A stretch of DNA of 64,000 nucleotides from Azolla caroliniana (Eukaryota > Plantae > Polypodiophyta): positions 11,532,001-11,596,000 of the forward strand of contig JBHGNT010000004.1 in assembly GCA_043228905.1 (NCBI GenBank), in the 5' to 3' direction. The translations under genes and the position numbers were made by a program. The notes beneath the pieces were generated by a model. That model worked only from the letters and a program-made list of their open reading frames with translations. It was not told where the DNA came from and searched no databases. Below are positions 47,130 through 58,226 of this stretch, in pieces. How positions within the stretch are numbered: position 1 is the first letter of the stretch; each line of letters begins with the position of its first letter.

Positions 47130-47791
47130 CGAAGGGATACGCACAAACCCACAGAATTGACTACGATGAGACCTTCACCCCAGTAGCAAAGATGATGACG
47201 ATTCGTGTGGTACTGGCAGTTGTTGTGACAAGGGGGTGGCATCTTCACCAAATGGACGTGAAGAATGCATTTCTTCAAGGAGATCTTGAAGAAGAGGTCT
47301 TTATGACCCAACCCCCCGGTTTCTAGGCAGAGATGAACAAGTCGGCGGTATGCCGGCTAAAGAAGTCACTCTATGGCCTGAAGCAAGCCCCTCGAGCTTG
47401 GAATGCGAAGATCACGCACCGGTTGCATAAGATGGGGTTTGCGGCCTCCAAGTCCGACTCTTCGTTGTTCATCCGGCAAGGTCCGGACGGTCCAGTTTGC
47501 ATTTTGTTGAATGTTGATGATCTAGTCATCACCGGACCCAGACTCGATGAGATCAACCGAGTCAAGGCCCAACTGTTGGACGCATTTGAGATGAAGGACC
47601 TGGGGGACCTTCATTATTTTCTTGGGATCGAGGTGATCGGAACCCCCGACGGCATATTGCTCTCATAGACACACTATGTGTTGAATATGTTGTACAACTA
47701 CAGCATGACGGAATGGCGACCGATATCCACACCCCCAGACCGGAACTAGAACCTTTGTCTTGACTCCGAACTGGCCTGCAATGAGAAACGG

Positions 47792-49216
47792 TGTCGCGGA
47801 AATACGACGAAGTTACATGAACTTGAGGCAGGACCCCGGGGCCTCCGATCGGAAGATATCAGATTCGTGTATTTATGTACTAAGAATTAACCGAAATGAG
47901 AAAGGTTAACAAATTTCATTAACAAGTAGAAAGAAAGATTACAATTAATCCCAAGATTGGGATTACAAAAAGTATGCTAATGGAGATGGCTAGAGTAATA
48001 GATTAGAAGAAATGAGATGTGGATTTAATTAGAATATTAGGGTTTTTGGCTTTGATGGAAAAATTAGGGTTTTTAGCTTCAATTCGAAAATTAGAGTGTT
48101 TTTAGTTGTATCGCTTTGATTAGGAAATTAGGGTTTATGACTTCCGTAAGGAAATTTAGGGTTCTTGGCTTCGATAAGATAAGAGAGCTCCCAAAAGAAA
48201 AGAAACAAAATTAAGATAATATGGAGAGAGCATGAATGTAGGAAAAAAATGGAATTTTATATGGAGTTTTTCCTTGATCATCTGCATGTCCACTTTTTGT
48301 TGCTTGGCCTCTACTTTTAGTAGCTTAGCTTTTTCTTTTAGTTGCATCTATTTTTAGTTGCATGGCTTTTTCTTTTAGTTGCATGTGACCGTCCACATGA
48401 CCTTTACTTTTTGCATGCACTCCAACTTTAGTTGCTTGCGTCCACATGGCCTTTACTTTAGTTCTCTTCACTTTACTTTAGTTTGTTGCATGATCCAATC
48501 TTACGTCCGTCCGTGTCCAACCTCGTCCGGTAGCCGGTTCCGCCTGATCGCCGAATCCCTCGCCGGCCGGTTCCATTTTACTTGTTGGCCGGTTCCGATT
48601 TGCTTGACGTTTCCGGTTCTGATTTTGCTTGCCAACCAGTTCCGGTTCCGGTTTTGCTTGCCAACCAGTTCCGGTTCCGGTTTTGCTTACCGGCCGATTT
48701 CCAGATTTGCTTACCGGCCGGTTTCCAGTTTTGCTTGCCGGCCGGTTCCGGTTTGCTTGCCAGTTCCGTTTTCGGTTTTGCTTGCCGACCAGTTCCGGTT
48801 CCAGTTTGCTTGTCGATTCCAGTTCCGGTTTTGCTTACCAGCCGGTTTCCGGATTTGCTATCCAACAAGTTTTCGGATTTGCTTACCAGCTGGTTTTCGG
48901 TTTTTGGGAATTTGGCCACCCTCATCCATCAAGACAAAGTGGCCAAAGTTCTCTTAGCACAAATGAAAAATGAGGGAGCTCAAGGTGCTTATATAGCCAA
49001 GGCCTTAACTTTCCTATCTATGTGGGATAGTTCTAATTTCCCAATCTTCTCAAACTTCATTTTCACATAACTTGATATGTATTTCTCCATTTTGTATATA
49101 GTAAAATACGTTTTGAAGCTCTTGAGTATATCCATCTTTCTATAGTAAGCTACTAATCTAATCTATAATAATTATTTCATTATTTTTTTACATAGTGTGT
49201 GAAGATTCACACGACA
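47792..49216 (-). repeat. 3' LTR of element E (1425 bp) with internal tandem repeats
   Basis: Direct repeat of 54939-56263. TTCCGGTTTTGCTT array at 48530-48910; TTAGGGTTT units at 48037-48165. Confidence 0.92.
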
Positions 49217-49283
49217 TTCGCCCCCACTAAACCTGCACATCCACCGGTATGTGCCAATTTTGGTGAGGATTCACTTTTGTTTA

Positions 49284-52200
49284 CTATACTTTTTCATCGA
49301 TGCTTAAGACTGAATCGTCAAAAGCTTCGAATCCAATTTCTATTCTATCTCTTCTCTTGAAGATCTTAATTCTTTTACCGGCAATTGGCAACGCAAATGG
49401 TGTACCATCCAGTTCTACTAAATGATATGTTGCATTATCTTCCACTTTCTTCACCACATATGGCCCAAACCATCGTTGTGAGAATTTTCGAGCCGTACTA
49501 TGTTGGTTATCTAGGCTACTGTCATAGACTAGCACCCAATCTCCTTCAACGATTTTCCTCGGCCGAAGTCGATGTCGTTTATCGAAGTCTTTCTTGTTCT
49601 TTAGCCTTGCATTCTTTAGTCGTGCTTTAGCCTCCTCTATATCTTCCAAATTTCGCTCTAATTGTCAAATCCTCAATGCTAGAAGATCTTCTCTACTTAT
49701 TTCATCTTGCCATGGCAATGCAAACCATGAAATAATACTTTGTTCTACAGGCATTATTGGCTTTTGTCCGAATATGAGCTCTACCGGCATGTATCCCATC
49801 ACCGTGCTATGAGTAGTCATGTCAGCCCATAGTGCAAATGGCAATAGATGCGGCCATTCTCCTATTTTCCCATGTCAAGCTTTCACTAGAGCCTTCACAA
49901 TCAGTCCATGTCCACATTCCACCTTCCCATTTGCTTCCGGATTATACGCCATGGTAAGAAATAATTTGATTCCCATCGTCGAGAAGAATTCTCTAGCTTT
50001 ATTGGTGTCCAACTCGCCTCTATCAGCCACTATCTTGCCAACGCATCCATATCTTCAAATAACATCTTCAAGAAGGAATAGGCATATCGATGATGTCTCC
50101 TTAGTTCTTAATGCTCGCCCTTCAACTTGATTGGTAAGATCCTCTCTCGCGAGCACAAGATACTATATCTGCCATCGCCCCACTGGCATCATCACGATGT
50201 CCACCATCCACTTGTAATGCATAGCCAACGTGTAAGTCGGATGAAGTCCATCTCGATGGCGAATATTCGAAAGCATTTGACATTCCTTACATGTTTCCAC
50301 ATAAGTGGCTACATCTTTGTAGATGCCCGGCCACCAATATTTCTCCTTAAGCTTCGCAAACGTAGCCCATATTCCTCGATGGCCTGCAAAAACACTATCA
50401 TGAAATTCAGACATTAGTTTTTGTTGGGCTTCTAGCTTTGCAGAAAACTCTCATCGGAGTCCCATTCTTCTTTTTTGCATGCCTCCAAAGAGCTCCATCC
50501 TTAAGGAAATATTTGTATGCCTTCTTCCGAATTCGATGGAAGTCTTCCGTCAACCATGATTCATCTTTTTGGAGAGAACTCAAGTATTTCCCGATCTCCA
50601 CGAATTCGCCTTTGTAGTCCTCTTCTATGAAAGTAGTCAACACCCGAGCGTAGGAACTTGCAAAGAAATCCAAGCCAACATCATCTTCATCAAAATGTCG
50701 ATCTTCTTCTCCGTCGTATCTCGCTCGTGATAGCATGTCTGCAACGACATTACGCTTCCCAACTACATGACGGATCTCCAGGTTGAGTGATTTGATATAT
50801 GCAATCCAACGCAACATGGCAATATCTGGTGTATTACAACCAGATATCATACCCAAATTTGGTAGGCAATCTGTCTCAATTATGACTTCTGCTCCAATAA
50901 GGTAATCACAATCAGATTTGATTGCCGAAACGATTCCCCATAGCTCCCTCTTCACTTGGGCATACTTTCTTTGCCTGTCACTTAACACTTTCGTGCCAAA
51001 CCGAATTGCATATCGGTTGCAATCTTCATCATCTTGGTTGATAACCCATCCAATTCCGATTGGACTAGTATCCACAGTCACGAAAATGGGCTTGCCGTAT
51101 GAATAGTCCGCTTTCCGTAATGCAAGTGCCTCCATCAATAATTTCTTCAGCCTTCGGATGGCGATTGTATGCTCGCTCGTCCATTCGAACATCCGCTTCT
51201 TCTTTAGTAGACCATATAATGGCTCAGCAATGTGGGCGTAGTGTGGAATCCAAATATGATAAAACGTGCATGATCCAAGGAACCTTCGAACCTCCGTTTG
51301 GGTTACACATTCTTCTTTCATGTCTTGGATTGCATTCACCTTGGATGGCGAAGGCTTTCAACCGTATGCTCCACACAAGTGACCTACCACCAGGATCTCT
51401 GGTTGCCCGAATGCGGATTTTTCTCCCAAAAATGTCAAATTTGCATCTTCAAGCCTTTGGAGCATCTTCTCGCAATCTTTCATATGATCCATGATGAACT
51501 TTGTACAACCATCCTTATCTTTTGATTCATCCTTCTCTTCATCCGAACATCCTTTTATCGGAATATCATCTAAGAATGGCATCGTGATATCCGGGATGCA
51601 ATCGTTCAAGACCTTGTTCATGGCATTCACCATATGAGCCACCAAGTTCGTTGCGCCTTGAGGTAAGATACACATCTTCACCAACCCAATTGGAGTTCTC
51701 ATGGTTGTAATGTCACGACTATCGACCGCCAACTAGAATTGATCATAGCCAAAGTAGAGATCGCCGATGGAGTAGATGGACCAGCCCGCAAACGCCTCGG
51801 CAAATTCATCCACACTCGGACCGATTCCAGAATTCCGAATTGTCACCTTGTTGACGGGTTGAAGATCTTGAATGAATCGCAACGATCCATTCTTCTTTGG
51901 CACCGTGAACCACCTATTAGAATAAGGAGCGTTAGACAGTTCTAGAATTCCCATCCTCACCTTCTCCTTTAAGAGCTCGATCAGCTTCGGTAGGTGTGCT
52001 CTCGGAACCGGTATCGGTTTCAAATTTCGAGGCACATGCGGCACCGTGAAGATCACCATCGGTTCTACCGTCTTTGGATTAGCACTCTTGATTTCTTGTG
52101 GGAAAAACGCGAAAGCCTTCCCATGTCTTTCAAGCATTCCACGAAACATCCGCTCCTCTTTAGGGAGGAGGAAATCCTCCCTTCCAACTTGTAGCTTTCC

Positions 52201-52720
52201 CTTCGTCTCTTCAGTGAAGACGTGACCAATTGTATTTGGGTTCCTTAAGCTTGGATCTTTTGCAACTTCCTTCATCTTTTGCCAACTATCTTCCGGTAGC
52301 GGAACTGCAACTGGCTTCATCTTCCTATCCACGGTTTTATATTTTGTGTTGACTTCGGCTTCCTCTATCAAGATGCCTCGATGATAGAATACATGTTGAC
52401 GGAGTTAACCGAAATCACATGTTGATGGTGAGGATACCTCAAGTCCACGACTTCCTCGATTTCGCCGATGGTGTCGTTAAATGAGGCTTCCTCTAGAATA
52501 TATGACACGAATTATTCTTCTTCGATTATGCTTTCTTCTTTCAGCACCTCTTCAAAGTCTTGTATCTGACACTTTTCCTTCTTGTTGAGTAGTCTAAGTT
52601 TGCATGCGCCGCTAGGTGTGACGCATGTTGCTTCTCCTTGCAATCCATGCACTCTGCTTCCTTGTGGGGACTTATGATTGCTCGGACTATTTGTGCCCCA
52701 TGCTTCAATAGTCCGCTTTA
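49284..52720 (-). pseudogene. pol: pol (RT, RNase H, integrase) of element E
   Basis: Motifs YSNRWFTVPKK, FIQDLQPVN, LPQGATN, FLDDIP, VDTSPIG, ETDCLP, GHRGIWAT and WFGPY; several stops and frameshifts. Confidence 0.9.
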
Positions 52721-52727
52721 AAAATCC
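52665..52727 (-). promoter_or_regulatory. Predicted -1 programmed ribosomal frameshift signal (G GAU UUU plus pseudoknot)
   Basis: In-phase slippery heptamer at 52721-52727 immediately before the protease TAA. 5-nt spacer; 9-bp stem CGGACTATT/AATAGTCCG; loop TGGGG complementary to downstream CCCCA. Confidence 0.7.
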
Positions 52728-54921
52728 GAGGATTCGCCTCCAAGGCTATCTCGGTTACTTTCATGATTAACTCGCACCGTCAGGAATTGAACAGATCTTT
52801 TACTATCAAGACTCTTGACGCGCGCGAAGGCTGCTCCATTATCGAACACCTTGGTCTCCATCCGAGACGATGTTATATACGGTTGTCCTAGGATGACAGG
52901 ATGCGAAGCCGAGTCTTGCACGAAGAAGTGTTGATCAATCTCCACATCCCCGATCGTGACTTTAACGTTGGGGCAAGCTCCGTACAAGTCCTCCATAGCC
53001 TTCGTCACCGCTCGAATCTTCCATCCGTGGTTTGTATTAATCGGCCATCTTCCTTTCTTGTAGAATTTGGTCCACATGAGGTCGATCTCTGAGCCATGGT
53101 CAATCAAAGCGACTACGGTCTCTTTCTTCTCCCTGATCTTCATCGGCGTCTCCGTTGTCGCTCTTGCCCAATGAGGCCGAGAGTAATGGCTATCCGCCAC
53201 CACTTCTTCTTCCTCCTCCTCTTCCGATCTCGCCATGGTTATGGCACTTGTTTTCACCTCCTCTTCATCAGATTGTTGCCGCTTCCTTTTAATAAGGTCG
53301 ACGATAGTATCATGGAACTCCTTCGCGATCCCAAGTAGCTCTCTCAAGGTAAGGTCGACATGACTGTCTAAAACCTTCTCCTCAAGGACCTTCCGCAAGT
53401 TAGTTGTTTGTTTAGCTTGTAAGTCGGTGCCGCTCGTTCTTTTCCTTTCTTCGTTGATTCTTCGACTTCCATCCGAGCAGGTTGGCTCGATCCACCGGGC
53501 TTCATGTTTGTTTCACTAATATCTTTTCTTGGGATAGGTTGGAGTGGTCCTTCTTTCCCTCCGTTCCTCGTGTTAGGACGCTTTGATGTGCCATCTTCTT
53601 CACCGGTTCTTTTCCTCTTCTCTTCGACAAGGGCTTCATAGGTGTCACGCACAACCTCCGCAAAGCTTGTTTTTTCGTCGATTGGATCTGACCATCCGGT
53701 AGCTCGTCGCACGTTTCGGTTAGCAAGTTTTAGATCCTCCGAATTGATTTTGCCTTTTTCTTCGCACTCGAAGACTGTTGGCCAAAACCCAGCTCCTGGC
53801 TTGATCATTTTAAGATTCTCTTTTCCAACTCATATCCCAGCCGAAGCGGCATAGTGCATAGCTTCCACATGCCTTGCATCTTCTTCTTCTACAATCTTTT
53901 CCAAGCCACCTCTTCCGAAGTTCACTCGTAGTGGCTTCCGGGTGTCGCTCGAGTGAATCATGTTGCCGTCCAAATAGACGACATTCTTGCGGATCGCATC
54001 TTGCAAGTCAGCACATTCCCTTCGTGAGTGTTCAAAGCTATCGCACCACACACATTTATACGCTTCTTTTCCCTTGGGCCCGCGTCAACCTAAGTTGGCT
54101 AGCGATACCACTTCAAACTTCTTGGAGAGCTCTTCGATTATAGAGTCCTCCATTGCTTTCCTATCGAAATTGTTGAACAGCTTGTTAGACTCTATCGTAA
54201 GAGGTGCCTTCCTCCTCCACGATTGTGGATTCTCCATATCAGTTTCCTCTTGCCGTTGTCGACACTTATCAAGACGGCTACAAGCCTTCTTCACTGCAGC
54301 CCAGTCCACCACCAAGCCACTTGGTTGTGTTTCATCCTCCAAAAAGTTACCCAATTCATGCCGATCTTTCGCATCCACTGCCTTCAGGAATAATAGGACT
54401 TTATCTCCATCAAGAACTCGTTGATCAACACTCGGAAGTCGGTTATACTTCTGGTCGAATTCGGCATATACTCCAGATGCACACATATTCTTCCCTTTCT
54501 TCTCATTCCAAGACATTAGCGTATGTTGACTCATCCATGATGCGTCTTCAAGCATGTATTCTGCGAGAAGCGCCTTTTCGAACTCCGCCCAAGTTGCATG
54601 CTCGTTTTGGATCTCCATGACGCGCTCGTGGATCCCTGGTTCCACCACACGTTTGAAGCTAGAAATTTGTTTGAGCTCATTGACATCCCTTTGTTGCATC
54701 TCGTTCCGATAGGTAGCAAGAAAATCTGTGATGTTCTTGCCACCAAATCGTCTGGCTATCTCAAACATACGATCAACATCTTTGTCGATTAGAGCTTCTC
54801 GATCTCTCACCTTCAGCATGTATTCCACTACGGACACCATGCCTTTCGTTAATTCCTCTCCTTGAGTTCCACTTGTGGAAGCCATCGTTGCACTTGATAT
54901 CCTCCCTACCGCCTCTTTCAC
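52718..54921 (-). pseudogene. gag: gag-protease of element E
   Basis: Capsid-like region 54085-54921, CVWCDSFEHSRREC knuckle and protease LIDHGSEIDLM (52718-53398); fragmented by lesions. Confidence 0.85.
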
Positions 54922-54938
54922 GTCGGGTTCACCAAAGA

Positions 54939-56263
54939 TGTCGCGGAAATACGACGAAGATACGTGAACTTGAGGAGGGACCCTGGGGCCTCCGACCGGA
55001 AGATATCAGATTCGTGTATTTATGTACTAAGAATTAACCGAAATGAGAAAGATTAACAAATTTCATTAACAAGTAGAAAGAAAGATTACAATTAATCCCA
55101 AGATTGGGATTACAAAAATTTTGCTAATGGAGATGGCTAGAGTAATAGATTAGAAGAAATGAGATATGGATTTAATTAGAATATTAGGGTTTTTAGCTTC
55201 AATTCGAAAATTAGAGTTTTTTTAGTTGCATCGCTTTGATTAGGAAATTAGGGTTTATGACTTCCGTAAGGAAATTTAGGGTTCTTGGCTTCGATAAGAT
55301 AAGAGAGCTCCCAAAAGAAAAGAAAAAAAATTAAGATAATATAGAGAGAGCATGAGTGTAGGAAAAAAATGGAATTTTATATGGAGTTTTTCCTTGATCA
55401 TCTGCATGTCCACTTTTTGTTGCTTGGCCTCTACTTTTAGTTGCTTAGCTTTTTCTTTTAGTTGCATCTATTTTTAGTTGCATGGCTTTTTCTTTTAGTT
55501 GCATGCGACCGTCCACATGACCTTTACTTTTTGCATGCACTCCAACTTTACTTGCTTGCGTCCACATGGCCTTTACTTTAGTTCTCTTCACTTAACTTTA
55601 GTTTGTTGCATGATCCAATCTTCCGTCCATCCGCGTCCAACCTCGTCCGGTAGCCGGTTCCGCTTGATTGCCGAATCCCTCGTCGGTCGGTTACATTTTG
55701 CTTGCCGACCGGTTCCGGTTTGCTTGTTGATTCCGATTCCGGTTCCGGTTTTGCTTACCGGCCAGTTTCCGGATTCCGGTTTTGCTTACCGGCCAATTTC
55801 CGGTTTTGCTTGCCGGTTCCAATTCCGGTTTGCTTGCCGGTTCTAGTTCCGGTTTTGCTTACCAACCGGTTTCCAGATTTGCTTACCGGCCAGTTTCCGG
55901 TATGCATACCGACCGGTTTCCAGATTTGCTTACCAACCGGTTTCCGGTTTTTGGGAACTTGGCCACCACCATCCATCAAGACAAAGTGGCCAAAGTGCTC
56001 TTAGCACAAATGAAAAATGAGGGAGCTCAATGTGCTTATATCGCCAGGGCCTTAACTTTCCTATCTATATGGGATAGTTCTAATTTCCCTATCTTCTCAA
56101 TCTTCATTTTCACATAACTTGATATGTATTTCTCCATTTTGTATATAGTAAAATACGTTTTGAAGCTCTTGAGTATATCCATCTTTCTATAGTAAGCTAC
56201 TAATCTAATCTATAATCATTATTTTATTACTTTTTTACATAGTGTGTGAAGATTCACACGACA
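54939..56263 (-). repeat. 5' LTR of element E (1325 bp)
   Basis: Direct repeat of 47792-49216 with a different repeat-array content. Confidence 0.92.
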
Positions 56264-58226
56264 ACGGTTCCAACAAATTGTCGGAAGCCTTATATATTTG
56301 ACCATCACCCGACCTGACATCAGCTATCCGGTCGGTGTGATTAGCCAATTCAAGCAGAAGCTAACTGTAGAGCATTTTCAGTGCGCGCACCGAATACTAC
56401 GATATGTGAGCGGCACAAAGGACCAGGGACTGTTATACTTGCGAGGTATAACCGAAGAGCTAGTCGGTTTCACGGATGCTGACTGGGCCGGAGATGCATC
56501 AGATCGCCGATCAACTTCTGGTTACATGTTCTCCCTTGGTAGCATAGTTGTTGCATGGAGCAGCAAAAAGCAGCTAACAGTGGCTTTGTCGAGCACTGAG
56601 GTTGAATACCGGGGCGCTATCGTTGCCACCTGTGAAGCCATTTGGCTTCGGCGACTCCTGCAAGACCTGCGGATCGAGGTGCTGACCCCGATCCTGATCT
56701 ACTGCGACAACATAAGCAGCATGCAGCTCGCCAAGATCCCTGTATGCCATGGTCGCACAAAGCATATAGAAGTGCACTACCACTTCATGCGTGAGGGTGT
56801 CCTGAGCGGTGAAGTCAAACTTCAGTATATTCATACGCATCAGCAAGTCGCCGACATCTTCACCAAACCGCTCGGATCAGACAAGTTGCAGCACTTCACC
56901 AAAATGCTTGGTGTTCAGCATCTCGACGTGCCACACTGGAGGGGGAGAACGGGCAAAGACACCGGAAAGGGCAAAGGCAAAGAGACTATTGATTGCGCCG
57001 GTGAGGGAAGAACCGATAAAGGGAGAGACAAAAAGAAGAAAGGAGCCGAATCAACAAAGGAAGTTGACACATGCAAACAAGTCAGAGCAAACGGCAGCGG
57101 CTGCATAGTCAAGAAGGACAGAGTTGACCGGAAGAAGAGGACCAAGACCCAGACATGGTCCGATGTGGTGAAGGGCCAGGAACCGGAAAATGAATCAGGA
57201 GCGACCGATTAGGACAAGAGCTTGAATGAATCGGAGACAGCTGATTTGGTTCAACAGATGGATTCGGAAGAACCAGATCATTTCAAGGCCAAGAGGACGA
57301 GAAGGCAGCTAAAGTCGACGCCAACATGAAGGAATCGGCGAAGCGGCAAGCGCCGAAGTCACAGCAGCGAGGGAGCTAATTTGGGCCTGTTGAGCAGACA
57401 AGGCGACCGAGGAGGTCGAGATGTGCAAAAATAGAAGGGTCGCAGCAAACCGGACCGGACCGGACAAGGAGTGCGAGCAAGGCGGAGTGAAGCCAGGAGG
57501 AGCCGGGTGGAAGGACTGGCTGCCATGGAGACTGACACTACGATCCGACCTCAAGTTAAGCTTGAGGGGGAGTGTTGAGTGGCAAGCTCAACCGGATCCG
57601 GATTGGCTGAATAAGCCTGAGCCGGATCGACATCCGGAAGGATGAAGCCAGATCGGTGAGATGGATTGGTGAGACGGATTGAACGGATCGGTGAGCCGAT
57701 GAGCAAAAGAGTCGGTGAGCTAGCGAGCCGGTTAACCGGATCCAGCAGTAATCGGAAGCCTAGTAATAGCTTAGATTACTAGGTAGTTATTGTCTCGTAG
57801 TTAGTGTCAGACACTCGTGTGAGCATTGAAGTACGTTGTACTTCTATCAGTCCCATGAGGACTTGTATAAATAGTGTTGTTGAGCATGTTGTATGTACAA
57901 AGTGTTGATATAATTTTTTGAACTTAGATTCTTGTTCTGCTCTCTCTGTCTCTCCCGAGTACTCTTTGTATTCTGTGTATTATTCTCACTCTCTACTGCT
58001 ACACAGCCAAGCTGTTGTCGTACGCTTCCGCACATACGTTCTCACACTTCGCCCTAATCGTTTTTTATAAAAGATGAACATGCAACAAAGTTACAATTAT
58101 CAAAAAGGAAAAAAAAAGATTTTTTAATGTGTAATTGATATACACCTGGATGAGGATCGAACAGGTGGTGTGTTGTAGCTCTAAAGGTGCAATGTGTCAT
58201 GATATGGCAAGATTCGAACCCATTAC

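Larger units (their letters stand above)
47792..56263 (-). mobile_element. Element E: full-length, degenerate Ty3/gypsy, tRNA-Trp primed, long LTRs
   Basis: LTRs at 47792-49216 and 54939-56263 (TGTCG...CGACA). 4-bp TSD ACGG at 47788-47791 and 56264-56267. PBS TGGTGAACCCGACGTGA at 54918-54934; PPT TTAGTGGGGGCGAA at 49217-49230. Confidence 0.93.
39523..58046 (+). mobile_element. Element G: Ty1/copia, degenerate, interrupted by H and E
   Basis: LTRs at 39523-39983 and 57573-58046. TSD CTTCG at 39518-39522 and 58047-58051. PBS TGGTATCAGAG at 39984; PPT GAGGGGGAG at 57564-57572. Gag-pol pieces at 40086-42962, 47130-47791 and 56268-57212. Confidence 0.93.

Noticed and set aside
48379-49070. Repetitive ORFs in the E LTRs (also 55499-56117), and the array as a possible CRISPR
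   Set aside because: Translation of tandem repeats; no unique spacers, no cas genes, eukaryotic LTR context.
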